This document shows positions 1 through 13,374 of a stretch of DNA of 64,000 nt, in pieces. The stretch is taken from contig NIVC01001475.1 of the NCBI GenBank assembly GCA_002269645.1, forward strand, positions 186,001 through 250,000. Direction: 5' to 3'. Position numbers and translations under genes: made by a program. This DNA comes from Macrostomum lignano (taxonomy: Eukaryota). The notes below the pieces were generated by a model that ran no database searches, was not told the origin of the DNA, and saw only the letters and a program-made list of their open reading frames with translations. The number at the start of each line of letters is the position of its first letter. Position 1 is the stretch's first letter.

Positions 1-1185
1 TTTGCATCAATTTTGTTGCATTCTACTTTTTGATCTTGACATTTTTAGCTCAATTTTGTTTAACTTTATATGGACCTACAAGCTACAATACACTAAAAGA
101 CCTGATCCCGATTCCTGGAGCCCAATCCCGAGAAAAAATTATTCCCGATCCCAATCCCACCCAAAGATTTCAATCCCGTCCAACCTCTAAAGACAGACCA
201 AAGCTAAAATTAGTTATATGAATATAATTAAAAGGTTAACATTTTCTTAAATGCATTATTATTATATTCAGTCATTTTATAATCAATATTATGGTATTTG
301 TACTAAATTAGCTAAGTATAAATTCTAAAATATAAAAATGAGTTGAAATGTATATTGGCTTTTATAATTAAAAGTTTGTCTAAAATGTAATTAGAAAGAG
401 CTTGGTTAGAAGAAACAAGATGAATATAATTATATAAGCAATAAAAGAACCCAAAGTAAAGTTATAAATAGTAAATATAGCATTAAAAAAATGGAAACTA
501 GGAAGATATTAGAGAGCTATTTATGTTAGATAAAATTGGTCTTAGCATAAGCTTTATTTAGTTTTTAAAATGGAAAGAATGATTTTTGATTTAAAAAAAA
601 GTTTATTTATAGGTATTTTTTGTTACTATAATCAATTTAAATTGCATAAATTAGGCCTACTCAAATTGCAAATTGCAAATAACAAGGCCTACTATTTGCT
701 TAATGTTCTTTTATCTTTTTGCTATTTGGTATCAAATTGATCTAAATTGATATTTCAATCGGCATATACTTTTATATAAAGAGGGCTTTAGCCAATTTTT
801 GCAAAGCAGTTTTAGCAATGACCATTTCGAAAAAATAAAATTAGAAAAGCCTAGTTTGAAGAAAGTATAAATTTCATATTGGTTTTTCTCAAATTCCATG
901 GTCAAAAAGGTGTGCCATGTGCGCCGCAACAAATCCCTAGTCAATTTTTTTAATTGTGCACCATGTGCCAAGTAAAAAAGTGCATGTATGCCATGAAAAA
1001 AGTTGCACACCTTGTATTGGGCCTAGTAGCTACTAGCAATCTTCGCCCCCGATGGGGGGCATCTAGATAGAATCTCTGGCTCTCTACAAGTATCAAAAAG
1101 ACAGCCAAATAAAGCCTTCACATAGACAATAGAAAAACTGCTCAAATGAAGTGCAATGCAAAAAGAAAACATCCCAGGACAGCAA

Positions 1186-2090
1186 GCACCCCCAGATAGC
1201 AAGCATCCCCCAGATAGCAAGCACCCCCAGATAGCAGGCACCCCAGATAGCAAGCATCCACCTAATAGCAAGCACCCCAAGATAGCAAGCATCCACCTAA
1301 TAGCAAGCACCCTTAGAAAGCAAGCACCCCCAGATAACAAGCATTCACCTAATAGAAAGCACCCTTAGATAGCAAGCATCCCCAGATAGCAAGCACCCCC
1401 AGATAGCAAGCACCTCCAGATAGCAAGCATCTCTAGATAGCAAGCATTCCCAGATAGCAGGCACCCCAGATAGCAAGCATCCACCTAATAGCAAGCACCC
1501 CAAGATAGCAAGCATCCACCTAATAGCAAGCACCCTTAGATAGCAAGCATCCCTAGATAGCAAGCACTCCAAGATAATAGGCACCCCAGATAGCAAGCAT
1601 CCACCTAATAGCAAGCACCCCCAGATAGCTAGAACCTCCAAGATAGCAAGCATCCCCCCAGATAGCAAGCACCCCCAGATAGCACGCATCTCCAGATAGC
1701 AAGCACTCCAAGATAGCAGGCACCCCAGATAGCAAGCATCCACCTAATAGCAAGCACCCAAAGATAGCAAGCATCTACCTAATAGCAAGCACCCCAAGAT
1801 AGCAAACATCTATCTAATAGCAAGCACCCTTAGATAGCAAGCACCCCCAGATAGCAAGCACCCCCAGATAGCAAGCATCCCCAGATAGCAAGCACTCCAA
1901 GATAGTAGGCAGATAACAAGCATTCACCTAATAGAAAGCACCCTTAGATAGCAAGCATCCCCAGATAGCAAGCACCCCCAGATAGCAAGCACCTCCAGAT
2001 AGCAAGCATCTCTAGATAGCAAGCATTCCCAGATAGCAAGCATCCACCTAATAGCAAGCACCCAAAGATAGCAAGCATCTACCATCTACC
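1186..2090. repeat. Minisatellite, ~16-19 bp unit (core GATAGCAAGCACCCC)
   Basis: Dozens of consecutive variant copies of gatagcaagca(c/t)cccca; the ORFs listed here are repeat artefacts. Confidence 0.95.
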
Positions 2091-2689
2091 TAGTTTGACA
2101 TGGTAGCTGTTTTGTGTTTGACATGGTGGCTCTTTAATGTTAGACATGGAGTCACATATATGTTTGACATGGTGGCCTTTAATGTTTGAAATGGTGCCAC
2201 TTTTGTTTGACATTGTGGTTCTTTTATTTTTAGCATTTTGTTTTTAAGATGTTTTAATAAAAAAATTATTTTGCACTATTAAGATTCGAACCCAGGTTGC
2301 TAAATTAGCAGTCCAGTCTGTTTGCATCTATGCTATCTCTTGTCAATTGGAGAACATGAATTGTGGCCCTTATAATTAAATTCTTATAGCAAATTGGTTA
2401 GAGTAAAAAGTCATGACATAATCAATTTCTAAGTCAGCCAGTATCAGTCTCAATTTAAGTTAGCAATATGGTAAATGGTTACGCAATTTAAATCAAGTTG
2501 TGTGTGCATTTCTTTGGCACTGTTTTCAACTTGCTGTGATGCAATCTTTATCAGAATTGAAATTCAGTCAGTCAGTGTTTTCTCTAGCATTCTTACAATG
2601 CATTTCAGGTTGAAAGAGCTGCTTGACCTTTGCAGAAAATCATGTTTTTCGAATATTTAATCCCTTTAATATTGATCAATTTCTTAGCC

Positions 2690-2836
2690 AAGATGCATGC
2701 ACCATCCCAGGAAAATTTCTGATCGAATGGTGCAAGTTTGAAGAGAATCGGTTGAGCCATTCTCAAAAAAATCAATTACACACACGCATGCATGCATGCA
2801 CGCACGAATACAGCGCAAAATTAGTAAATAGATTAT
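2690..2836 (+). mobile_element. Possible non-autonomous Helentron/HINE-like 3' remnant
   Basis: AAGTTTGAAGAGAATCGGTTGAGCCATTCTC, then a short (CA)/(GCAT) microsatellite, then TAAATAGATT; this layout resembles DINE-1/HINE-type ends. Resemblance only. Confidence 0.3.
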
Positions 2837-3109
2837 ATATCAATATAACAAATTATAGGTTCTTTAAAATGCATTAGTTACAATTCTGAATAAAATAAAG
2901 ATATGAAAATAATAATCTTATTTGAATTTTATATATTTTAGAATTTTTTTAAACATTAATAAAATAATGATTGCTAAAATATAATAAAATTTCAGTACAA
3001 TATATATTATATTTATATTCAAAAGAAACTTTTTTGTACTATTTGAATTGAATTACTTTTGAATTTGACTTTACATGTAAACTAAGAAGATTTTATTATA
3101 TAGACTATA

Positions 3110-4345
3110 TGCCAAATGCAGCACATCATTTGCAATATATACCTTGTGTGCCAGAAAATTTAGCAATGGTCAAGTTTTATTTGTTAAATTATTTTGACTC
3201 TAGAAAAGTATTTTATGAACTATTTTAAGTACAAATAAATACTTTTAAGAGACTTAAGCCTGATTAAGCACTAATTCTATGCTTCAAAACTTGTTATAAT
3301 GTATCTGACACTGAAAAGCTGCAATAGTCTATGGCCAGAATGTTTGAACATTTTTAACTTGAAAAAAGGTCTATAGTTGAGTCTAAACATCAATGATCTT
3401 TAACAAGTTGACAAATAACAAATAAATAAAAGTAAAGTCTTAAATTTAGCAAGGCTATACTGCGCACCATTCAGGGGACTTCACAAGCCCTATTTAAAAC
3501 ATAATTAGAGGAATTATTGCATCAACTGAACCCTGTGAAGCCATTTGGGAACATCCTATTATGGATTTCCTACTACTATAGCATGTAAAGCTTTTGCTGT
3601 TCAGTGGCAATTTGACCATAGACAAAAATACTTTTTATTTGTTTATATTAAGACTTGTTCACTTGTTAATATTATGGCCATAGCCTATTGCAGCTTTTCA
3701 GTATTAGATTTATATTAACAAGTTTTGAAACAAAGAATTAGTGCTTAATTAGGCTTAAGTCTCTTAAAAAGTATTTATTTGTACTTAAAATAGTTTGTAC
3801 AGTACTTTTCTAGAGTCCATAGTCGTGATCATGGCAAGCATATGCTGGAATGAAAATTCATGTTTTTTTTTCAATTTTACACCAAGACTAAAATTGTTTA
3901 TATACCATTTTTTAATAAATATATATTTTAGGAAATTCTAAACTTTTACTAAAGTTTAAAACAGCTGTTTTTTGCTAAAAATGATATTCTTTGTTTTAAT
4001 TTTGATTTTCTCATGATTGCATTAATATTTTCTATTTTAGTTTCAAATTATTTTTAGTGTTTTTGACATTGGTTGATATTTAACTACACAATTACATTAG
4101 CCTTGAACTTGACTATTTTTTGTACATTGACTATGTATATTTTATGTTAAACCTGAAAATTCCATCTGCCAAGTGTATGCCAAGATTGTCATTGAGAGCA
4201 AAAATACACTGGAAAATTCTCGCATAAAGGCCACCTTCCAAACTATGGTCTAGAGTCAAAATAATTTAATGAATGGAACTTGACAGCTACCAAAAATTCT
4301 TGTGCATTGCAATTTTGTATGAAATCTACTACTTTCCTAATTGGC
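3110..4345. mobile_element. MITE-like element with long inverted repeats; right arm interrupted by an insertion
   Basis: 3195-3337 is the reverse complement of 3675-3817 (~145 bp, high identity). The right arm resumes at 4249 (TCTAGAGTCAAAATAATTTAA), matching ~3165-3203; the outer limits are degenerate. Confidence 0.75.
3817..4248. mobile_element. Non-autonomous insertion with CCATAGT...ACTATGG ends and 8-bp TSD
   Basis: TCTAGAGT at 3809-3816 and 4249-4256 flanks a 432-bp segment with 7-bp inverted termini. Confidence 0.65.
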
Positions 4346-5548
4346 TCAAATAAAAATTATTTAAACAATATATAGATATAGACTATTATTTATTTGAACT
4401 TGTCTTTGATTATAAAAATTGAAAACATAAAAATTAAAACATATAAATATAATATAAAGTATTGGTAAAGCTTTTTTCTTAGCCTACTTAGGCCTATAAA
4501 AAGGTAGGGGCCTATACAGTTATAAAAAATACAAAGATAACAAAAGCTTTTAGAAACAAACTTTTGTTAAAGACTTATCTGTGCTTAGGCCTATTAAGAT
4601 TTTTGCTTTATTACTATCAATTTCAAAAATTATATCCATAGATAAGATAAGGCTTAGACTAATATTAAGATTAATAGACTAAGAAATATTTATCTATTAA
4701 ACTCTAATAGGGGCCTACTAAATTCTAAAGGCTAGGCCTAACTAGGTATAAAGCTTAAACCAAAGCTAAATAAACCAATATCTAAAATGAAGTTAAAAGA
4801 GAGACTTTAGTTAGTGTGTAATATAGGTCTAACTTTCTGATAGGCTTTATACATAAATATAAAAAAGCAAATTTGAATAAAAGCTATTATATGAAATAAA
4901 AAGCAATATAAATAATTTGGAAGGAAAAAGTAGACCCTAATATGCCTAGGGCCTAGGCCTACTTTTTCATAGGCCCTAGGAAAAAACAATGTATAAATAA
5001 ATATATAATCTAGCTTTAAGTTTAATTGAGATAATAACAAACTATCATCTTTTAAAAATAAAAATAGTTTTTTAAAAATCTGTGAAAAAAAGTAAACACT
5101 GTCAATAATAGAATAAAACATATGAAAATATTTTCTTTTTTTAATCTCATACAGTCATAGGAGTCTTAGGCAGGGTAGCAATATCAGCCTAGGCACTTTT
5201 ACTATAATAAATAAATTTAAAAGGAGATCTATTATTAAAGGCACCAATTAATAGGCCTAATAAAGAATATGAATAATGATGACAATGCAACATACTAGTA
5301 GTAATTAAAACTAAAAGCTAATTCAGCTTTTTCAGCCTCTTAGTCTTTCTTAGTCTTAGAAGTTTTTAGGCCTACAAGCTACAACTACAACTTATATAAA
5401 TCACATTAGTCCTATAGGGCTACTGACTGATTAGGTTTATTTAGTGTCTTAAAATGTCACTTGTCACAGGTCTGTGCCTAGGCGGCTAGGCCTATCCTAT
5501 GGTTATCCTGTGGCTGTGCACATGACACATTATTTTTTATTATAAATT

Positions 5549-5897
5549 ACGTAAGCGACTTTGGTTCCGCGCGGTAAAAACCGCGTCGAATTCCGCGTTG
5601 ATGTGTTGCACATTTCAACGCGGAATTTAATGCGGGATTCAATGCGCGATTTTCCGCGAAAACTAATCGAGCGTTAACGAATACATTCTAAACAAAGTTC
5701 ACCGAATCTTTTTTACTTTAAGTATTGATAATTAATATTCTTCAGCCTATTCAATGCGGAATTCAATGCGAGATTCAATGCGGGATTTCCCGCACTAAAT
5801 TCAACTTGAGTTCTTAAGCTTATTCACTGCGGGATTCAATGCAATTTTTTTATCTATCTATCCATGATTTCCGCGCGGTAACCAAAGTCGCATACGT
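5549..5897. mobile_element. MITE, ~26-bp TIR, 8-bp TSD TATAAATT
   Basis: ACGTAAGCGACTTTGGTTCCGCGCGG / CCGCGCGGTAACCAAAGTCGCATACGT; TATAAATT at 5541-5548 and 5898-5905; internal GCGGGATTCAATGC repeats. Confidence 0.8.
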
Positions 5898-7339
5898 TAT
5901 AAATTTTAGCTTTGCTCTGGCATTTATTCAGTATAAGTGTGCCACTTCTACTTCTTCTAGTCTTAAGAAGTTTGAATAAATAAACCCAATTTTCATATCT
6001 TTTAAAAGTACATTCAGAACCCAATAATCGCATAGCACAAAACACACCATTAATTAAACAAGTGTCCATCGCTGCTGGCTGCCTAGATAAGAGAAATTTT
6101 AAATTTTAAAATAGAAAACGCTCACAAATACGATTTGAACAAACCAAAAATTAAAATTGCGACGAAAAAGAAAAATATTAAAAGAATTGAACTAAGGCTA
6201 CAACAAGATAAAACTGAATTAATGGCAGCATACCCACGGCGTGATTCTGCAGCATCCAGCTCTCGGTACTTCATCCATTTTGTTCGCCTCAGGAAGATTT
6301 GCAATCTGCTGCTTGCTCTAAGAAGAAAAGAAGGGTTGGAATTAGTGGCTGCATTGACCTGGCCATCAGGATCGACATGTCATACATGTGCATTCTATAT
6401 ATGCTATAAGAACGTACAAGTGGCGGGAGTTGTTTATCTTTACATTTACAGTCAACTGATCCTCAGCAGTCGTATCTTCTTCTTCGTAGTACGTAGCAAT
6501 TATTTAGTACCATAAATCGATCTATAACTGAAATTTTATAAAAACTAAGATACATGTACAACGATATCTTCTAGTGGTCCTGTGTTATACGTGCGACGTG
6601 AGCCTCGACAGAGTCCCGGAAGAAACAATCGTATATTATTGTCACTATACTGGGTCTTATGAGACCTGCAGTAAAAACCCGAAGTTATAAAATAGTTCCT
6701 GGGCCTGGTCAACTCAAGGACCACTGGTACTGCAGAGGTCCTTGCTCTGTCCTTCTGCTAGCAACAAGTCCAGCTGCAAGAAGTGCTGGCCAACTGCAAA
6801 ATCAAGACTTAAATTACGATGCCTTGCTGGCCTGCACCGACGGGGATTGCATTTTGATAGCCGAGCTGTCAGACATAGTACATATGCACGTACAGCAATC
6901 CGATTTCGGAAACAGAGGATATGTACTTTTACATTATATCGACGGATAAGAGTAAATATTTGTTAGTGATGTCGATAGAACGTCGGAAACGTCAAAAGAC
7001 GTCGCAGACGTCGAATTGATCTACTATATATATACAAGATGGGGATCCTTAAATGACAAGTCGAGGTCATGCAAAGGAGTATATGCTGATTGCTACTCCA
7101 TGGCAACAACGTCAATCGAGGGAATTACAGCCTAAGGGTGACGGCGGCCTGGATTCTAGCTCTACTCGTACACAGCTTCTGCCGCGTGAGCAAGGGTCAG
7201 GTTTAAGCTGATGACGAAAGGAACTGCGTCATATAACTTTCAGGAATAGCTGGGAGAAGGAGACTGAGAAGCTAGAGCAGTAGCAAGTCAACTTTAAATT
7301 AAAAGGCATGAGTTTTACATTAAAATATCGATCGGAGGC

Positions 7340-7745
7340 TAAGGCTATCACAGACGCTGATGTCACACCAATTGGATCTGAGACGAAGGACGCCAAAGGA
7401 TGCGCGGTGGTGTTGCCATTTTCAGAAACAATGGTAGCAGCACAGCGATTGGCACCTGCTGCACTGCGGCGGGCAAGTTGAATTGTACACCAATATATGC
7501 TGGGAGGTGTAAGCTATGGCTCGAAAAGATCAGGAAAAGTTGCGCTTCTGGTTACGAACAGAATTTTAGCTTGCAAGCACTGACTGAGAGCTGGAAAGGC
7601 ATGGAAACCCGCGTTTGATGCGGCCGCGCCATTTTGGGACATGCTGGACGAGCTTCGAGAAGGTTCATATACTGCTCAATGCTCATGGGTGCCCAACCAC
7701 TGTGGTATCCAGGGCAACGAGGTGGCGGATCGATAATCCTGGCGA
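7340..7745 (+). pseudogene. Decayed RNase H domain of a non-LTR retrotransposon
   Basis: The translation contains SWVPNHCGIQGNEVADR (WVPxHxGIxGNExAD motif), preceded by AAGKL.. and ..SLQAL remnants in shifted frames. Confidence 0.75.
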
Positions 7746-8494
7746 GCAAAAACTAAGCAAGCGAATCAGTGCGCAAGATGATGTGAGAACACTGGCTAGC
7801 GTGGAGGCTGGGCCGGTGTGGGTAGCACTAAGGAGTAGGAGAAGTGCACCAATAAACGCACATATCTACTGCCATGCACCATGCAGTGCACCATGCATGT
7901 ACATGCAGGTATATGGCCATGTAGCAACTGCTGGTCTACCAGTTCATTGATAGAATTGTATGAGGCGACCAGCTTCAGGGCGCAATGTGCTGGCTGGCCT
8001 CCGTGTGGCCTGTAGGTTGAACCAGTTGAGCACGTACATACATGAAGCTGCCGCAGTATGATCACCCCATTTACTTTTTAGAGGATCTGATGACCAATTT
8101 TTTAACTGACACCCACCAGCCTTTCAGAATTAGTTTTTCCGATCGTAATCAGACAAAGAAAGCTGTACATTCTAAATCAATTGCAATTATGGCTATATCT
8201 GTATAGCGTTACATGTACAGTAGTTGCGTGACAGCATGACCACGTTTACGAAATTTCACTGATGATTCGCCAACAATTCACTGCAGCAAATAAAACGAAT
8301 TATCATTCGTCATCCAGACACAGCGAGGCTGCAGCTTCTACATCCCGTGGCCAATGGTAGGTGCCGCATGGTCATCGTGCTTAGACTGTGAGATCCTACT
8401 TAAGGGACTGATCAATTACAGAAATGCTCAGCTGCAGAGTTTTCTAGCGGTCGGAAACACTATTCCGTTGATGAGATTAACAAACAGGTTTCAG

Positions 8495-9420
8495 ATGTCA
8501 ATCAGAGGTGCAGCCGGCCTTATTCTGGCGTTGGCTTGTCTCGGAATTGCTTCGTTCAATCCTGCCGCGGTCGATGCTCTCGAAGGTACACTGCGTAGCT
8601 CCCGATCGTAGTAGCTGCGTTAATATTTTTTTTCGGTAGAATTTCAGAAGCATGAGCATAATATTATATATTATAATCCAAATTTTCAGATACGGAACCA
8701 AATGCGGCCATTCAAAGCTTGGATGGACTCCCATTGAACCAAGTGAAGATTCCTGAAAGCGGAAAGCTGTTTGATCCAGACGAGAAGTCTTCTCTTCAGT
8801 GGGCCAGTGACAGCAAAAGAGGCCAGATCAACAACAAGAACGTGTTCAGGTGGGGCAAGAGAGACCGGACCAACAACAAGAACGTGTTCAGGTGGGGCAA
8901 GAGAGACCGGACCAACAACAAGAACGTGTTCAGGTGGGGCAAGAGAGGCCGGACCAACAACAAGAACGTGTTCAGATGGGGCAAGAGAGGCCGGACCAAC
9001 AACAAGAACGTGTTCAGATGGGGCAAGAGAGGCCGGACCAACAACAAGAACGTGTTCAGGTGGGGCAAGAGAGGCCGGACCAACAACAAGAACGTGTTCA
9101 GATGGGGCAAGAGAGGCCGGACCAACAACAAGAACGTGTTCAGGTGGGGCAAGAGAGGCCGGACCAACAACAAGAACGTGTTCAGGTGGGGCAAGAGAGG
9201 CCGGACCAACAACAAGAACGTGTTCAGGTGGGGCAAGAGAGGCCGGACCAACAACAAGAACGTGTTCAGGTGGGGCAAGAGAGACCGGACCAACAACAAG
9301 AACGTGTTCAGGTGGGGCAAGCGAGACCGGACCAACAACAAGAACGTGTTCAGGTGGGGCAAGAGAGGTCGGACCAACAACAAGAACGTGTTCAAATGGG
9401 GCAAGCGAGGATCTATTTAA
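8495..9420 (+). CDS. Neuropeptide precursor 1 with 14 -NVF(R/K)Wamide peptides; join(8495..8585,8690..9420)
   Basis: Exon 1 encodes a signal peptide (MSIRGAAGLILALACLGIASFNPAAVDA). A phase-1 GT-AG intron (8586-8689) joins it in frame to 14 x 42-bp units: GQINNKNVFRWG x1, DRTNNKNVFRWG x4, GRTNNKNVFRWG x8, GRTNNKNVFKWG x1. Each is flanked by KR and ends in a Gly amide donor. Confidence 0.93.
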
Positions 9421-11021
9421 ATCATAACTTCAGGTTAATATTTCGGTAAATAAATTCCAACGAACTATTGAGTAAATCTAAAGAAGAAAAGCTCCCATGC
9501 AGGATTGATCAAGACGAGAGTAAATCTCGCGCAAAGAATGTACGCCTATGACTTTTCACATTTCATTTCACGCCTAAAAGGATGCTCCTTTAATCAGATG
9601 GCCGTGTAAATCGAGTCTTTAGGGTATATCTTCAAAATATGTTTGCATGTAGTTCAGTATAAGCTATAAAAAGTGATTTCGAGGAAGGAATTAGAAACGA
9701 GTACACAGTAAACTAGCTATCCATCCATTAAATGCCATACACTGTCATATTTCGTCACAAAAACACTGCATAACAATCGAGCATGATGCGATGGAATTTG
9801 ATGAATTCCATATCGCTGAATGGCAATTAACTTCTCGCGTCGCTTTTGAACAGTCGGAAAAAACCCCAACTGTAACGACAGATTTGCATAGAAATCGATA
9901 TTTTACGATGGCAGTTTACATATTTATTGACACACGTGGAGTCTAAAATAGGACTATTTTACTGCTTACAGCCGTTCCTGGATCGTACCAGTTATAAATG
10001 AAAGAAAATATCCGTGATGCAACGCACTATATAGAAGCATCAAAGAAGCAAAATTCATAATTCATCTGGAGTCTTTTTTGTAAAACCTGATATTTGCAAA
10101 CTATGCTACTATTATGAGAACCTATAGATATACATCTAGATGAAGACAGATATAATTTAAAGTTTAATCATCTGCAGAGGGCCTGAGCCTATCTACACAT
10201 GCATGGTCAAAACTCGATTAGCTACGGTACGATACAGCGCCTTACCTCCATGGGTGCGCTCAGCTGGCGTACTAACCGCAGTGAAGTTAGTCTACATTTG
10301 AATTGTTTAGCTACTACACTAGCTACAATGCGGTATTTCGTGTTTAGTAGACAAAATGAAAATCAACTAGCTTATGGCTGCAATGCTATGACAACTGTAA
10401 TTTCAGAATCAATCTTTTTTAATTAAAGAATCCTTGATGCTGTTAGCTCGTACAATTAGGCTATAGCTAAACCTCTCGTTTGTGGTCATAAAAACGTGCG
10501 TGAATTTACAATTACAGGACTTCTGTGTATTCAAGTTACACGAAGTTTCTGGCGCCTATAGCAATTTGATTGCCTACAAACAAAAGCGAAAGGAAATTAA
10601 AATTGCCTACACTATCTATGAAGCTGTGGTTATGATTTTAAGTTTAAAGAGAGACTTTAAGAGAGAGAGAGAGAGAAACAGCCTCAAATAATTGTATGCT
10701 CTGTGTGACCGATTAAAATGCGTACATTAAAACAGAAAACCAAGCATATTGGATGCACGTCGCATGTACGTCGTATATACATGTAGTAAAAATCAATTGT
10801 GATGCAAGCACTAGACAGCAGGCGCCTACAATTCTCCCCAACCAGAGAGATCCCCAGGGGATAAAAAACAAGTTCAGTTACTCAGTTATCAGCTCAAATA
10901 CCCCAGAGCAATCAAAATGGCCCGTCCGCGCACGAAACCCCTAGGATCACAATTTGTAGCTGAGCACTCTGTTACTGGCAGCTCTTGGATGTTCTCGCGT
11001 GGCGATGCTACCGCTGGGTAG

Positions 11022-11340
11022 GCCGGCGGGCTCTCCGGCAGGTTGGCCAGCGGGCTCTCCGGCAGGTTGGCCAGCGGGCTCTCCGGCAGGTTGGCCAGCG
11101 GGCTCTCCGGCAGGTTGGCCAGCGGGCTCTCCGGCAGGTTGGCCAGCGGGCTCTCCGGCAGGTTGGCCAGCGGGCTTTCCGGCAGGGTCGCCGGCGGGCT
11201 CTCCGGCAGGTTGGCCAGCGGGCTTTCCGGCAGGGTCGCCGGCGGGCTCTCCGGCAGGTTGGCCGGTGGCTCTCCGGCAGGTTGGCCGGTGGCTCTCCGG
11301 CAGGTTGGCCGGTGGCTCTCCGGCAGGTTGGCCGGCCGGT
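11022..11340. repeat. 24-bp tandem repeat in the Gypsy integrase tail (PAGEPAGQ)n
   Basis: gccagcgggctctccggcaggttg and variants, ~13 copies. Confidence 0.9.
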
Positions 11341-11450
11341 GCAGCAGCAGCAGGTTCAACCAGGGGCCGCAGCTGTGAGAGGTGCCGCATGCAAGACTGT
11401 TCGCCACCACCTTCGTCACCTTCGCCACCACCACCGTTGTCGTTGACCAC

Positions 11451-13374
11451 CTTCTTCTTCTTCTTCCATTCGGGCGCGCTCGGGGCAGGGCCCATGGCAC
11501 CGGGCGTCAGATGGCGCCCGCCTTCCGAGGAAGTTCAACACCGCGGTGCAGTACTCGAAAACTGCCGCGGGCTCCGGGCTTGGCCCCAAGAGGCGGCAGC
11601 GGTGTAATGTCAGGGCGGGGCAGGAGATCAGCAGATGGGCCGCCGTCTCCTCTCCATCGCCACAAAAGCGGCAGGTGGGGGCCACCTCAACGCCGATGGC
11701 GGCCTGGAAGCCCCGCAGGGCCGGGCTGGCAAATCAGCCGCTCCTGCCGCCGCGTGAGGTCGCTCGTCGGCGGAGGCGGCAGGCGGCCCGCCGTGCAGGC
11801 AAAGTGTCAGGTCAGGCTAGCGAGCTCGTGCTCGCCGCCTCGGTGGCCGCCGCGTTGTAGATCTAGTGTCAGCGGGCGAGGCAGTGGCGGCGGACGGCAC
11901 CCTGCGCAGCAGCCAACGCGACAGCTCTGCAGGGTCTGCGGCCGCGAGCACCCACCGGAGGGCCTCAGCGATGGCCACTAGCTCGGCGTGGAAACTGGAC
12001 GTCACGTGGCCAGCGTGATGTTATGCTCGACCAGGACGCCGCTGCCGCCGTCCAGGACGCCGTCCTTCGCCGCTCCGTCGGTCCAGAGCACGGTGCGGGC
12101 GGGCGGCAGGGCGGCGAGCGTCTGCTCCGCCGCAGCTCTCCGGGCCTCCGGCAGGTTCCCCCGCGAGGTTGGGGACTGTAGCCCGAAGGTGACGGAGTCC
12201 AGGTCAGCCCAGGGAGGTGTCGTCGGGACAGCGTGGACGGGCTCTCGCGAGTAACCGCCTAGGCCCGCAGCGCTGCAGACGCTGCAGACGCTGGCCGCCG
12301 TCTCGCGCTAGCCGCGGGCACTTTGGATGCGGCGCACTTTTTCGGCGCCAGCTCCATCCGCCACTCGCTCGCCCAGTCGGAGACCGCGTCGATCGCAGCC
12401 TGCGCCTTCGTCTCGGCCTCCTCCACGGTCAGGCCTTGCACTGCGATGCACTGCCTTGCAGTCGGACGGAAGGTGGTCAGGCAGGTCGTTGATGTACAGC
12501 GCAAAGAGCAGAGGGGCAAGGACACTCCCCTGTGGCAGGCCCTCGCGGAAGAGCCGCCAGCTGCTCACAGCGCGCCGTCCACCCTGACGGCAGCACGGCG
12601 ATCGGCCAGGAAGCTGCTGAGCCAGCGGACCCTGGCCGCTGGGATGCCGGCGTTGTGCAGCTTGTGGAGCAAGCCCTGCTTCCAGACAGGTCGCCCAGGA
12701 TCACCGTGTTGGCGCCGGACGGGAGGTGCTGGGGGCTGAAGCGCTGCACGCGGTCGTCTCCTTCGGCCGTTCTGATCGGCTGGATGTAGAGGCAGTGGAT
12801 GTCCAGGCTCTCGACGCTCTTTCAGACGGGAAACCCGGACGCCGGCCCACTCCGTGGTGACATCATCGGGGGCGCAGGGTCCCTCCTACAGCACCTCGAA
12901 GCGCAGCTTCTCGCGGATGAGGATTGCAACGCCTCCTCCGCGCGTGGGGCCGCCGGAGCGCCGGCACTCGGTGGCGCCAGATCGCGTTGAACCCCGGCAG
13001 GCGCGGATCCCGTCCCTCGGTGGTGTGGGTATCTTGCAGACACGCCACCTCGACGCGCAGGTCCAGCAGTTCGAGCATCTTCCTTCTGCGTTGAGTTGCA
13101 GGAGGTGCAGGCCACTGGGGGGCCGCGCGCGCGGACCGCCGGGTCGGGGGGCGCCTCGCGCCGCCGGGGGCCCGCCGTTGAGGCTCGGCGGGCTGGTTCA
13201 GGCGTCGGCTAGGCATTTCATCGGTAGGGTGGACGCCAGATGCCAATTGGGCGGCGAAGAGACTGCGTTGCGGTGCTGGGCCTCGGGAAGGGCCTGTTGC
13301 TGGCCTGCATTTCGTAGGCCTTGCGGGTCCTCCGGAGGGCACCTCGGGTAGGCGCAGGCCGTTGCTCTCCCGGA
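11451..13374 (-). mobile_element. Internally deleted LINE (APE-RT-RNase H-zinc knuckle, I-group-like) nested in the Gypsy integrase
   Basis: APE motifs (LHLLQLN, VACLQDTH, RGGGVAILIR, VILGDL) fused directly to RT (GLLHKL, PQGSVLAPLLFALYIND), then RNase H (LWTDG, SSFHAELVAIAEAL), CRFC..ETAAHLLISC and a (GAA)n tail at 11451-11466. TSD GACCAC at 11445-11450 and 13375-13380. Confidence 0.88.

Noticed and set aside
8771-9449. Overlapping ORFs in other frames of the neuropeptide arrays (also 23066-23588)
   Set aside because: Stop-free by virtue of the repeat unit; they have no processing signals or splice support.
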